Below are positions 1 through 10,182 of a stretch of 44,258 nucleotides of DNA, in pieces. This stretch comes from an uncultured bacterium. GTDB taxonomy: Bacteria > Verrucomicrobiota > Kiritimatiellia > RFP12 > UBA1067. Both the position numbers and the translations under genes were made by a program. Numbering within the stretch: position 1 is the stretch's first letter; each line of letters begins with the position of its first letter. The notes below the pieces were generated by a model, which worked only from the letters and a program-made list of their open reading frames with translations, made no database searches and was not told the origin of the DNA. Where the stretch lies: contig CACYCL010000164.1 in the NCBI GenBank assembly GCA_902772905.1, forward strand, positions 1 through 44,258. Direction: 5' to 3'.

Positions 1-67
1 CCGCCCGGTAACGTCCCGGACGGTATGTCAAAGATCAAATTCCGCAGTTTCCCGCAGAACACCGCGA

Positions 68-97
68 ATTATACCAAAACCGCCGCGCGCGAGTCAA
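68..97 (-). promoter_or_regulatory. sigma70-type promoter directed out of the left edge of the window
   Basis: Minus strand reads TTGACT (97-92), 18 nt, TATAAT (73-68) with a TGG extended -10, followed by GC-rich TCGCGG. Confidence 0.7.
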
Positions 98-214
98 CGA
101 AGGGAAGAAAAGCAGAAAATTGACATCCCGTGGTTCGCGACTCCCTCGATTTTACATCATCGGCTGCGTTTACCCAGACTACAGCGAACAAGTAAGTTTC
201 GTATGAATCAAGTC

Positions 215-1528
215 TTAGCCAACAACAATTTCCTCTGTAGGGAACTTGATGTGGCGCTTGGATTCGCGATCACCAATCATCATGACTACCGTCAAAGCTC
301 CAAGACGGCCAATGAACATAGCTACCATGATGACAATGCGACCTGCATACGAAAGCTCAGCAGTGGTGGAACCAACGGAAAGGCCTGTCGTCGTGACTGC
401 TGACACAGCCTCGAAAAAAAGCGCCGAATTCGTCGTGTCGCGTCCTGCCTCGGTTACGGAAAGCGCACCGGCCGTTATCCAGATGAAACTTAGCATGGCG
501 ACAACAATGACGAGCGACTCACGCACGACATCGTACGGAATCGCACGACGCGATATCACCGTCTCCTGCTCGCCTCGGCACATGGCGCGCAGAGTCGCAA
601 TCAGAACGGCAAGCGTCGTCACCTTTATGCCGGCGGCGGCCGAGCCTGGCGCACCGCCGATGAACATGAGAGCCTCGTAGATGTGCCGCGTCAGCGGCTG
701 CAAATGCTCAGTGGGTATCACCGTGAAGCCGCATGTGCGCGGCGTCACCGCCTGGTAAAAGGACAGGAGAAGCTTTTTCCCTACGTCAAGACCAGCAAGC
801 GATGCATTCCACTCTATGGCAAGAAACGCTAGAAATGCCAGCACAATAAGGTATGCCGTAAAGCGGATCACGACAGAAGCATGAAGCGAAAGACGCCCCC
901 TCCCGCCGAACTTCCGACGCAGGAACTTGAAGGAGCAGAGATTGTATATGACAAGAAAGCCGATACCACCGAGGATAGTCTCTGACGCAGAGATGAAAAT
1001 AACGATTGGATCATCGGCAAATGCAGCAAGAGAGCCCGGCAGCACGCCGAAGCCTGCATTGCAGAAACTCATCACCGAATAGAACACCGCCAGATACCAG
1101 TCATGCAGACGAAGATAGAGCAGGCATGCGCCAACGCCTTCTATGACCGCCATCGACCCGACGACCCAGAGTATAAGCCCACGGAGACCCTGCACCTCGG
1201 CAACGCCATACGCATTCATCAGGGTGAATTCGCGCGACAGCGACAGACGCCGCCCAATGGCAACCAGAAGGAACGTGCCGCACGTCATGAGACCGAGGCA
1301 TCCCACCTCGACAAGCGCAAGCAGCACAATCTGCCCTTCGCGCGAAAATTCACGCGCAATGTCAACTACAGTAAGCCCAGTAACGCAAACTGCAGAGCAA
1401 GCCGTGAAAAGAGCCGTGCTGAAATCTCCCCACGTTCCCTCCACACGCGCCCATGGCGACGACAGTGCAAGTGCGCCGGCGGCGATCAGCGCGAGGAAAC
1501 CGAGCGCGATCGTCGAACGACGCTTCAA
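215..1528 (-). CDS. trkH: Trk/Ktr-type potassium uptake membrane subunit (TrkH/KtrB)
   Basis: Four pore-loop motifs (SAVCVTGL, SFCNAGF, TPRTCGF, SAVTTTGLS), MFIGGAPGS..GIK and MFIGRLG; start overlaps the tatC stop (ATGA). Confidence 0.92.
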   Translation of the reverse strand: MKRRSTIALGFLALIAAGALALSSPWARVEGTWGDFSTALFTACSAVCVTGLTVVDIAREFSREGQIVLLALVEVGCLGLMTCGTFLLVAIGRRLSLSREFTLMNAYGVAEVQGLRGLILWVVGSMAVIEGVGACLLYLRLHDWYLAVFYSVMSFCNAGFGVLPGSLAAFADDPIVIFISASETILGGIGFLVIYNLCSFKFLRRKFGGRGRLSLHASVVIRFTAYLIVLAFLAFLAIEWNASLAGLDVGKKLLLSFYQAVTPRTCGFTVIPTEHLQPLTRHIYEALMFIGGAPGSAAAGIKVTTLAVLIATLRAMCRGEQETVISRRAIPYDVVRESLVIVVAMLSFIWITAGALSVTEAGRDTTNSALFFEAVSAVTTTGLSVGSTTAELSYAGRIVIMVAMFIGRLGALTVVMMIGDRESKRHIKFPTEEIVVG

Positions 1529-2280
1529 TGCAGAGACCCTTTCTCCTTAAGCCATATCATCCAGATGGAAAGTTCGTACAGCAGACAGAGTGGAACCGCC
1601 ATGAACAACTGACTCATCGGATCCGGAGGCGTAAGGAACATCGCCAGGAAAAACGAAAGCACAATGGCCACACGGCGCTTTTCGCGCAGCGCCTTCGACG
1701 TGACTATGCCGAACCATCCGAGAACGAACAGTATTATCGGCAGCTGGAACACAAGACCAAACGCTATGATGGTCTTGAGCACTATGGAGATGTAGCCGTC
1801 AATGCGAATTATGGTAGACGGTATGCCAACCCATTCGTTTATCTTCTGGAACGCAACGACGATCATCGGCAATGTCTTCGCGTAGGCAAGCGCCACGCCA
1901 GCGAGGAAGAGCGCAGAACCAGCGATAAGTATCGTCATCAGAACAAACTTCTCGCGGTTGGTAAGAGCAGGGAAGACGAACCTCAAGACCGCATACGCGA
2001 TAAACGGAAAGGCAAGCGCGGTTCCGCCCCATCCGCATATCGAGATAATCGTCCACACGCCGGTAGTGAGGTCCAGCCCCTGAAGCAACTCTTCGCTTGA
2101 GCCAGCGGGAGACTTGAGCCAGTTGAGTATCCACGGAGAACACACTCCGGCCACAATCGCACAGACCAACCACGCCACCGCCCCGAAGATCAACATGTCC
2201 CGGAGCGCCATCAGATGCTCCATCAGCGGCCGCGGCGGATCGTTGCGTTCGTCAGGATTCTTCAGAAGATTTATCGCCAT
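1525..2280 (-). CDS. tatC: Twin-arginine translocase subunit TatC
   Basis: PLMEHLMALR, FGLVFQLP, LTPPDPMSQ..AVPLCLLYE motifs; start moved to MAINLL (ATG at 2280) because the longer ORF runs deep into tatB. Confidence 0.93.
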   Translation of the reverse strand: MAINLLKNPDERNDPPRPLMEHLMALRDMLIFGAVAWLVCAIVAGVCSPWILNWLKSPAGSSEELLQGLDLTTGVWTIISICGWGGTALAFPFIAYAVLRFVFPALTNREKFVLMTILIAGSALFLAGVALAYAKTLPMIVVAFQKINEWVGIPSTIIRIDGYISIVLKTIIAFGLVFQLPIILFVLGWFGIVTSKALREKRRVAIVLSFFLAMFLTPPDPMSQLFMAVPLCLLYELSIWMIWLKEKGSLH

Positions 2281-2659
2281 CGTCGTTTTCGATGCGGCCC
2301 TCGCCGGTTTCGTCGTCTGTGGAGTGTTCCTCGCCGGTTTCGTCATAGAAGGAATGTTCTTCCTCTGACGCTGAAGATGACTCACCGACACCCTCCGTGA
2401 ACTCCGGAGGATCGTCCGGTATTGTCATGGCGGCCTCGGCCTCGCGCCTCGCCTTGTCCAGCTCGCGCTCCATTTCGTAGTCCATATCCATGAGCTGGCG
2501 CTTGAAGCTCTCCGCCGCCCGGCGGAACTTTGAATAATAGGAGCCAATGGTACGCGCCGTGGATGGCAGGCGCTTTGGCCCCATCACGACAAGAAGGACG
2601 GCGAGCAGTACCAACCACTCGCCGGCTCCTACGCTGTCGAAGATGATCGCTAACGTCAT
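2252..2659 (-). CDS. tatB: Twin-arginine translocase TatA/TatB family subunit
   Basis: FDSVGAGEWLVLLAVLLVVMGPKRLP single TM plus amphipathic helix and acidic tail; directly upstream of tatC. Confidence 0.85.
   Translation of the reverse strand: MTLAIIFDSVGAGEWLVLLAVLLVVMGPKRLPSTARTIGSYYSKFRRAAESFKRQLMDMDYEMERELDKARREAEAAMTIPDDPPEFTEGVGESSSASEEEHSFYDETGEEHSTDDETGEGRIENDDGDKSSEES
2299..2358. repeat. Imperfect 30-bp tandem duplication in the tatB acidic tail
   Basis: cctcgccggtttcgtcgtctgtggagtgtt followed by cctcgccggtttcgtcatagaaggaatgtt; encodes EHSFYDETGE/EHSTDDETGE. Confidence 0.8.
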
Positions 2660-2670
2660 CTACAGCCAAA

Positions 2671-3228
2671 TTACTTCTGGTAAATCGCAAATTCGCCGCG
2701 GCGGTTGAGGCGCCACGCGCTCTCGTCATGCCCGTCAACGGCAGGCTTTTCCTCGCCATAGCTGCGAGTCTGGATGCGGTCGGCGGCAATGCCGCTCTGC
2801 ACGAGATAGTTGCGCACGATGATCGCGCGGTTCTCGCCAAGCGCCATGTTGTACTCGTTCGAGCCGCGCTCGTCGCAGTTACCCTCTACCACGACAACAC
2901 GGTCGGAGCGAGAGTTGAGGTGCTGCACAACGGCATCGATCTTGCCAAGCTCGCCCTGCGGAACCACAGTGGAATCGAAACCGAAATAAACCGGCTCGAA
3001 GTTGACGTCGGTGCAGCGGGTGTACATGTCTTCAAACTTGCCCTCGCTTGCGCCGGCAATAGAACCCGACTGCGCTCCATTCTGCGCATCGCCGAAATCC
3101 TGCGCCGTGATATCCTGAGCGTTGGCGCTATCGACGCCAGCACCGCCGTTCTTGCCAGCCTTGTCATACCGGCAGCCGGCTACGCAGAGCGCCGTTGCCA
3201 GAATCGCAGTCATCGTTGAAAACTTCAT
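2671..3228 (-). CDS. pal: Peptidoglycan-associated lipoprotein (Pal/OmpA C-terminal domain)
   Basis: Lipobox VAGC; VYFGFDS, EGNCDERGSNEYNMALGENRA, SYGEEKP, NRRGEF; AAGGAG RBS supports ATG at 3228. Confidence 0.92.
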   Translation of the reverse strand: MKFSTMTAILATALCVAGCRYDKAGKNGGAGVDSANAQDITAQDFGDAQNGAQSGSIAGASEGKFEDMYTRCTDVNFEPVYFGFDSTVVPQGELGKIDAVVQHLNSRSDRVVVVEGNCDERGSNEYNMALGENRAIIVRNYLVQSGIAADRIQTRSYGEEKPAVDGHDESAWRLNRRGEFAIYQK

Positions 3229-3265
3229 TTTTTCTGTTCTCCTTTGGTGTGGTGAAATCATGCGT

Positions 3266-3274
3266 ATTATACCA
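3266..3274 (-). promoter_or_regulatory. Extended -10 promoter element for pal-tatB-tatC-trkH
   Basis: TGGTATAAT on minus strand, adjoining the gap terminator. Confidence 0.55.
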
Positions 3275-3275
3275 T

Positions 3276-3316
3276 AAAAAAACGCCGCACGGCAAGACCG
3301 CACGGCGTTTTTTTTT
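3276..3316 (-). terminator. Rho-independent terminator of gap
   Basis: Minus-strand RNA ACGCCGUGCGG-UCUUG-CCGUGCGGCGU then a U-tract; the stem needs two G-U pairs that form only on the minus strand; 16 nt after the gap stop. Confidence 0.85.
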
Positions 3317-3332
3317 GCTCTTCGTGAAAAAC

Positions 3333-4340
<1,008 letters not shown>

Positions 4341-4381
4341 TTACCTTTCCTTGGTTGTTCCTTGGTTGAAAATTGGTGCGT

Positions 4382-4410
4382 AGTATACTATTCTTGCCCG
4401 TCCGTGTCAA
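4382..4410 (-). promoter_or_regulatory. Near-consensus sigma70 promoter of gap
   Basis: TTGACA (4410-4405), 17 nt, TATACT (4387-4382). Confidence 0.8.
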
Positions 4411-4427
4411 GCCGACGCGGCTCGTGC

Positions 4428-5894
4428 TCAGTCGTGCAGCTTCTTGAGGAGCGCAATCTCGCCGCTGATCAGGTCATCCGCGACGGACGGCCCGAATGGG
4501 GACGTTGCGGCCTCATAGCCGTCTTCCTTGAAGCTGGACGAGAACGGGAAGTAGCCTCTGCAGCCATTCGTGAGACAAGACAGGATCGTCAGCCTGAATG
4601 GAGACGCCTTGCGAACCTCAACCCCGATGTCGTTGAAAGGCTCGCCAGGAAAGCCGCCGAACGCAACGGAGTTGCCGATCGCGAACGACGTAAGCGGCAG
4701 ATCGTGGTAGTCAGCGTGCTTCGCCATGTTGCGGATGCGGCCGGCACGCGCGACCTCGGTCGTGAGCTCCATGTCTGTCCAGCCGTACTTCTTCGTGACG
4801 TAGTCGTTCGGCGTAGCCGCGACACCGTCCTTGTCTGCCTTGGCGTGCAGCTCCCACACGTCATTCGCCCAGGCAAGGTTCTTGACGTCGGAGTCCTTGG
4901 CCTTGTTCGCCGGAACGCGCACGAGCGACGCGGCGTAGCGAATCTCGCCCGCCTCGAGCGGCGCGCACTTCATCCACACCGAGAGCGCCGACGCCGCGAG
5001 CACGTTCGCCATGTGCTTGGCGTGGTCGTAGCCGCGGTCAACCGCGTCGAAGTCGCGCTTGAGTCCGTTGAGCTCGCCTGGACGTGGCATCACGTTGCAG
5101 TGGTTGACGTCGCCCTGAGTGCCGTTGATCACGACACAGAGGGACTCGCCGAACGTAGCGGCCTCGAACACCGTGCGAGTGAGGCCGGGCCAGTCGGCGG
5201 TGATCGTCTCGCCGCCGACGACATCCGGATGCGTCTGGAAGTTTATGACGCAGATCGGCTTGCCGCCGTCGCGGTCAATGCGCAGCACCTGCACAGTGTC
5301 GTCCGCAGTGCCGACTGGGCGCACGATGTCGGGGTTGTTGGTACCAGGATTGGTCTGCACCTTGCCATTCTTCATCAGATAGCGGCGTCCGAACGAGATG
5401 CGCTTTGCGACGCTTCGCCCGCAGGAAAGCTTCGCCGGCTTCAGATCGGCTATGGCCGCCAGAGCCGCATCGGCAGAGCGGGCGACGCACATCTCTATGT
5501 ACACGCGGTCGACATCAGTGGCGCGCTTGTCGTTGGCAACGTCCGCAGCCGCCAGGAAGCCGCTGTCGTGCGTATGCGAGGCATGCAGCAGAATCGCGTC
5601 GCGCGGAACGCCCGTGGCCTTCACGATGGCGTCGCGCATCTTGTCGGCGACAGCGTCGCTGATGGCCTCCGTGTCGTACTGGGCGACGAGAGCCGTGGTC
5701 TTGCCGTCCGAGAACGCGACCATGTTGATCTGAAGTGGGTCAAGAACCTCCTTGGCATATCGGAGCTTGTAGTAGCCCGGCATGAAGGATCCTAGCGGCG
5801 GCGTGATGTCCACGCGCGAGAAGCCGGCCTTGAACTCACCTGCCACAACCGAGCATGCAACGGCAAGCACACCGGCGAAAACCAATTTCCTCAT
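4428..5894 (-). CDS. Secreted neutral/alkaline ceramidase-family amidohydrolase-like protein
   Basis: Signal peptide; KAGFSRVDITPP, HASHTHDS, NFQTHPD, GTQGDVN, GFPGEPF, NGCRGY..YE motifs typical of this family; substrate unknown. Confidence 0.75.
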   Translation of the reverse strand: MRKLVFAGVLAVACSVVAGEFKAGFSRVDITPPLGSFMPGYYKLRYAKEVLDPLQINMVAFSDGKTTALVAQYDTEAISDAVADKMRDAIVKATGVPRDAILLHASHTHDSGFLAAADVANDKRATDVDRVYIEMCVARSADAALAAIADLKPAKLSCGRSVAKRISFGRRYLMKNGKVQTNPGTNNPDIVRPVGTADDTVQVLRIDRDGGKPICVINFQTHPDVVGGETITADWPGLTRTVFEAATFGESLCVVINGTQGDVNHCNVMPRPGELNGLKRDFDAVDRGYDHAKHMANVLAASALSVWMKCAPLEAGEIRYAASLVRVPANKAKDSDVKNLAWANDVWELHAKADKDGVAATPNDYVTKKYGWTDMELTTEVARAGRIRNMAKHADYHDLPLTSFAIGNSVAFGGFPGEPFNDIGVEVRKASPFRLTILSCLTNGCRGYFPFSSSFKEDGYEAATSPFGPSVADDLISGEIALLKKLHD

Positions 5895-5934
5895 TTAACT
5901 GCCTTCCTTTCGTAATTCTGCCGAAGCAATAACC

Positions 5935-7002
5935 TCAGTCCTTGACGGACACAATGCGACCGCCCTTCTTCGCCGAGGCGTGGCTCGCAGCGCAGAGCGC
6001 GAGATTGTGGATCGCGTCATCCGCAGTGAGCGGCTCGCCGGCAAGCACGCTCTTCGCGTGGCCTTCGATGAGCGTCTGGTAGATGTTCTGTATGCGCGCG
6101 GGCCTCACAGCGACCAGACGGTGGCCGTCGTCGATCTCAAGGCGCTGCGCAACCGGCTCGCCAGGATGGCCGGAGAGCTGGAACATAGTGCCGTAGCCGC
6201 GAAGCGCGGCCTTGTCGCCGTATATCTCGTAGCCAAGGTTCGTCAGCGTGCCGGCCAGGCCGCCGCGCAGCTCGCTGAACGCTGCATTGACGCTGCCCTG
6301 CGTACCGTCCGTGAAGAAGAACTTGATGTACGCGCCGTCCTCCGCCTTGATCTTCATCACCTTCGGATAGTAGACCGCAGCGACCTTGCTGATCTTCTTG
6401 CCGAACATGAACTCCGCCACGTAGAAGCAGTGGCTGGCGACGTCCCCGATCGGTCCGCCCATCTCCTCGACCTTGGAACAGCGCCACGTTGCGGCCTCGG
6501 CCGGATCGTAGCCATATGCGAACTCCATGTGGAAGCACGAATCGTTGACCTTGCCGAGCTTGCCGGCCGCCATGGCTGCCTTGCCGGCGATGTTCCACGG
6601 GTTGTTGACCATCATGTGATCCACCGTGAGCGAAAGCTTCTTGGCCTTGGCAATGCGGTTCATCGCCTTGGCATCCGCAATCGACGTTGCAATCGGCTTC
6701 TCTACGATCACATGCTTGCCGGCCTTCAGCGCCTGAATGGCAATCGGAGCGTGCGAAGCGTTGTTCGTGGCGACGTAGACGCCGTCGACCGACTTGTCGG
6801 CCAACACGTCGGCAAGTCCCTGATACCACTTTAGGCCAAGAGCCTCGGCGGCGGACTGCCGAGCAGGATTCAGGTCGGTAGCGCCCACGAGCTGCGCATA
6901 CTTCAGCGCACGGAATCGTGCGGTATCGCAGGCGAACCCTTCCTTTGCAACACGATTTTCGGCAATTCCGCCGAACCCGACAAGCACATACTTGACCTTC
7001 AT
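5935..7002 (-). CDS. Gfo/Idh/MocA family oxidoreductase
   Basis: LVGFGGIA Rossmann motif, GKHVIVEKPIA, GGPIGDVASH. Confidence 0.9.
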   Translation of the reverse strand: MKVKYVLVGFGGIAENRVAKEGFACDTARFRALKYAQLVGATDLNPARQSAAEALGLKWYQGLADVLADKSVDGVYVATNNASHAPIAIQALKAGKHVIVEKPIATSIADAKAMNRIAKAKKLSLTVDHMMVNNPWNIAGKAAMAAGKLGKVNDSCFHMEFAYGYDPAEAATWRCSKVEEMGGPIGDVASHCFYVAEFMFGKKISKVAAVYYPKVMKIKAEDGAYIKFFFTDGTQGSVNAAFSELRGGLAGTLTNLGYEIYGDKAALRGYGTMFQLSGHPGEPVAQRLEIDDGHRLVAVRPARIQNIYQTLIEGHAKSVLAGEPLTADDAIHNLALCAASHASAKKGGRIVSVKD

Positions 7003-7053
7003 GACTTCCTTTCTTTTGCTGCTTGCCCGCAGAGACGAGCACTTTTTCTGACA

Positions 7054-7130
7054 TGGTGGGACCGCCGGGAATCGAACCCGGAACCTACGGTTTAGGAAAC
7101 CGTCGCTCTGTCCAGTTGAGCTACGATCCC
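7054..7130 (-). tRNA. tRNA-Arg (anticodon CCT)
   Basis: Reverse complement GGGATCGTAGCTCAACTGGACAGAGCGACGGTTTCCTAAACCGTAGGTTCCGGGTTCGATTCCCGGCGGTCCCACCA: 77-nt cloverleaf, anticodon stem ACGGT/ACCGT, TTCGA T-loop, encoded CCA. Confidence 0.96.
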
Positions 7131-7146
7131 AGCAAAGATTATGGGT

Positions 7147-7155
7147 ATTATACCA
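7147..7155 (-). promoter_or_regulatory. Extended -10 promoter element of tRNA-Arg
   Basis: TGGTATAAT 16 nt upstream of the tRNA 5' end. Confidence 0.65.
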
Positions 7156-7209
7156 AAAAAGACGCTACCGCGAAACCCCCGGGCGAAAAAAAGGCAAATT
7201 ATCCGTGCG

Positions 7210-8214
7210 CTAGCGTGGATTACTGTCGAGACTGAGCGAAGCCGACACCGTAATGCGCATGGTGTGACTCTCTCCAGGCTTCAGCAGATAGCCGTCGATG
7301 CGGAACAGCGTGGCAGGTTCCACGCAAAGGAAATCGAAGGCGTTTCCCGGCATCAGGTTCTCGAAATCTCCCGCCTTGAAGTCGCCGGGCGTCCATATTA
7401 CGTACTTGCCATATCCTTCGCCAGAAATGCGGATTGTCCGACGCCATGCAGGATCAACGACAACCACGTCCGCGCCGCCGCGCCAGAAAACGTGGTCATA
7501 GTGTCGATCTGGCGTCAAGTCCCCTCGCCACACTGCGTTTGAGACCATTGTCTCGTCCGCGAAGCAATACGGCATTCCGTCCAGGCCACGCACCCGAACG
7601 CGCCGTCTGTCGGACACTCGCCAGTACGGGTGCAAGCCTTCCGTTATCCAAGCATCGTTAGTTCCGATGTTTTTCGTGACCATATTCAAGTTGAGGGTGC
7701 ATCCAAGTTCAATCGTGTATTCCAAATCGCATTTGTGAGGCCAGAAGCGGCACGTTTCGTCAGACGGTGCCAGCCCCAGCGTTACAGAGACCAGGTCACC
7801 ATGCGTTACGCGCGCACGTTCCGCGAAGAGAGAATGGCGTGCGAAGCCGTGAGGCTGCGAACCTGGTGCGCCATTCGTGCCGAACCACGGCCAGCATACC
7901 GGTATGCCGCCTCGGTTTTCGGTCGTTCCGCTGAACTTCATGGTCTTCGGCCGGAACAGCAGTTCCCCACCCGCCGCCGCGAATTCCAGCGAACGTATCT
8001 GTGCGCCACGCAAGGACAGCTCCAGCCTGCCAAATCTGTTGGACAGCACCAGCATGTCCTCGCCCCAGACGTCCTTCGCCGCCGAAACACCCGGCGGCGG
8101 CATGCAGTTTCCGTCGCCGTCGACGCACGATGCGGCCGCAGCCGCAGCGGATGCCGCAGCGAAGATCAACATTCGGATGCTGAAAGGCTTCATGTCTTTC
8201 GAAGCGGCTGTCAC
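7210..8214 (-). CDS. Aldose 1-epimerase family protein (YeaD-like D-hexose-6-phosphate mutarotase) with an export signal
   Basis: RGGIPVCWPWFG, HGFAR, GLHPYW, FLCVEPA; Ala-rich N-terminus ending AAASC; start could be 8193. Confidence 0.85.
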   Translation of the reverse strand: MTAASKDMKPFSIRMLIFAAASAAAAAASCVDGDGNCMPPPGVSAAKDVWGEDMLVLSNRFGRLELSLRGAQIRSLEFAAAGGELLFRPKTMKFSGTTENRGGIPVCWPWFGTNGAPGSQPHGFARHSLFAERARVTHGDLVSVTLGLAPSDETCRFWPHKCDLEYTIELGCTLNLNMVTKNIGTNDAWITEGLHPYWRVSDRRRVRVRGLDGMPYCFADETMVSNAVWRGDLTPDRHYDHVFWRGGADVVVVDPAWRRTIRISGEGYGKYVIWTPGDFKAGDFENLMPGNAFDFLCVEPATLFRIDGYLLKPGESHTMRITVSASLSLDSNPR

Positions 8215-9221
8215 TGGGGAGAAGCGCTCTCTGCGACATCTTCCAGGAAAATGAACCGATAGCCGTTTTCCGCCATCATGCGCGACATCACCGCGATCTT
8301 TTCTGCGTAGTCGCGCTGGTAGGCGACATAGTCTTGGAAGAAGTATTGCTCATGGTCGGAAAATACGAGGTACTCCCGTCCGAGCAGCTTTTCGGTGTCC
8401 GCGACCAGCGTCGGAACGTCAACCAGATTTAGGATGGGGGCATCACCGAAGAGGTGCTTGAAATTCATCCCGGTAACGTTGTCATGCACGTAAGAAAACG
8501 AGTTCTCCGTCGCGGATAGCTGCTCTGGCGACAAGTGATTGTATCCGCAGGCAGAGGACAGAATCGCATCGTCACGCGAATTGCGCGTAAAAAGAGCGGT
8601 TTCCGGCTTTCTGTTCGTTTCGAGGCGCATTGCGTGCCCGTACGGCAGACAACTGCGGTCGCCCGTGTACGCCCTCCGTATCCCCGCAGTGCATTCCATA
8701 AGCTTCACACCGCGGCTCTTCAGCGCTTCAACCCCCACCTTGCTCATCGGACTCCAGTGCGGCACTGCCGCTTGCGCGAACACGCCCTCGCCGGCAAACC
8801 TCTCGACCTCGCGGCGCTCGCGGTCAAACACCGACAGCACTCCCTCCGCATCCATGTTGATCCAGGGATAGTCCGGAAACTCTTGAAGGGAATGAAAACC
8901 CAGCTTCAGCCAGTCGCGGCTCGCCTGCCATTCGGCACAGTAGTCCGCAGGCACGTCCGCCAGTGTGAATTCGTCAACGCCATAATAGAAGTCGGTCCGC
9001 CAGAAGAGGTTGAGCTGCACCTTCAGCCCGTATCTCTCGTGGGCATCCTTCAGCGTCGCCAGAAACGGATGGCCGAAGATCGACCTCGGATGCGACCGTG
9101 CTATGTCGCGGAGCGTCCATATCGTGTCGTCGATGAAGAAGGAAGCGGCCTTCGTCCCATGCAGGGACGGGTTGCTTCTGATCTCGAATTCCGAAATAGA
9201 GGGGCCAAGTTCTGCGTTCAT
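8211..9221 (-). CDS. Hypothetical protein, possible polysaccharide-deacetylase (NodB-like) fold
   Basis: Coupled ORF within the operon; FFIDD, LKLGFHS, VPHW resemble CE4-type motifs; assignment tentative. Confidence 0.55.
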   Translation of the reverse strand: MNAELGPSISEFEIRSNPSLHGTKAASFFIDDTIWTLRDIARSHPRSIFGHPFLATLKDAHERYGLKVQLNLFWRTDFYYGVDEFTLADVPADYCAEWQASRDWLKLGFHSLQEFPDYPWINMDAEGVLSVFDRERREVERFAGEGVFAQAAVPHWSPMSKVGVEALKSRGVKLMECTAGIRRAYTGDRSCLPYGHAMRLETNRKPETALFTRNSRDDAILSSACGYNHLSPEQLSATENSFSYVHDNVTGMNFKHLFGDAPILNLVDVPTLVADTEKLLGREYLVFSDHEQYFFQDYVAYQRDYAEKIAVMSRMMAENGYRFIFLEDVAESASPQ

Positions 9222-9222
9222 C

Positions 9223-10182
9223 TCATTTCACCTTTCTCACGAAGCCAAGGGTGTCCAGTTCGGCAAAGAGTTCCCGATGCTCATCTACCGTCAAAGGCCG
9301 ACCGGCTGGCGCACGGGCTCCGCCACAGTCAATTCCAATGTACTTCATCACAGCCTTGGGCCAGCTGAAATTAGGCTTGCTCAGAATTAGTTCGACAAAC
9401 CGAACGCTCATGTCCTGCAATTTCGCGGCCTCGGCAAAACGATCGGCAGCTGCCAACGCACATATCTTCGAATACAGCCACGGCAGCATGTTGTCGGTCA
9501 TGCCAATGCAACCAGAAAAGACGCCAGTAGCCAACGCCGACAGAACCTGTTCATCGGCACCGGCAAAAAAGGCAACAGGCTTGTCGACTTTACGCCGAAG
9601 CGCCTGAACCGTCCAATACTGGTAGTTCGTGTACTTCATGCCCTTCACATTCGATATGTCGAAGAACTTGGCGTCGCGATCCGGAATGATGCTCTGCCCA
9701 AACGAATAGATCATGAACGGCAAGGATGTTGCGCCGGCAATCTGACGATAATGATCGTATGTGGCATCGAAGTTCTGCCCGAAGTAAACGGGCGCCGTCG
9801 AGGAAATCCAGTCAATGCCAATCTTCTCGGCATACTTGGCCAAGCCGACAGAATTCTGTGTCGCAATGCAGCCAACATGTGCTATGATTTTGCCTCGCCC
9901 CCTGTTTGCCTTAACCACCCGCGCCATAACAAGTTTACGCTCCTTCTCAGACAACTCAAGCCCCTCGCCCGTTCCCCCTGTGACATAGAAGCCGGAGATG
10001 CCGTTAACGAGACACCACTCGATCTCCCTCTCAATTGCTGATTCGTTGACACAACCATCCTTCTTAAAGGGTGTCCAAAGTGCCGCAAACGCACCAGACA
10101 TTCCAGCGAACTCCTTCCCATTTGGGACTGGAAGACGATTCTCTCGTATAAACAAAAGTTCCTCTTTACTGAGTTTGTTCAT
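9223..10182 (-). CDS. nanA: N-acetylneuraminate lyase / DHDPS family aldolase
   Basis: GFYVTGGTGEG, IAHVG, FMIY, KGMKYT (Schiff-base Lys); ATG at 10182 overlaps the SSS stop; sialidase and SSS context favours NanA. Confidence 0.75.
   Translation of the reverse strand: MNKLSKEELLFIRENRLPVPNGKEFAGMSGAFAALWTPFKKDGCVNESAIEREIEWCLVNGISGFYVTGGTGEGLELSEKERKLVMARVVKANRGRGKIIAHVGCIATQNSVGLAKYAEKIGIDWISSTAPVYFGQNFDATYDHYRQIAGATSLPFMIYSFGQSIIPDRDAKFFDISNVKGMKYTNYQYWTVQALRRKVDKPVAFFAGADEQVLSALATGVFSGCIGMTDNMLPWLYSKICALAAADRFAEAAKLQDMSVRFVELILSKPNFSWPKAVMKYIGIDCGGARAPAGRPLTVDEHRELFAELDTLGFVRKVK

Noticed and set aside
120-150. Plus-strand TTGACA as a divergent promoter
   Set aside because: No matching -10 at 16-18 nt and no plus-strand gene downstream
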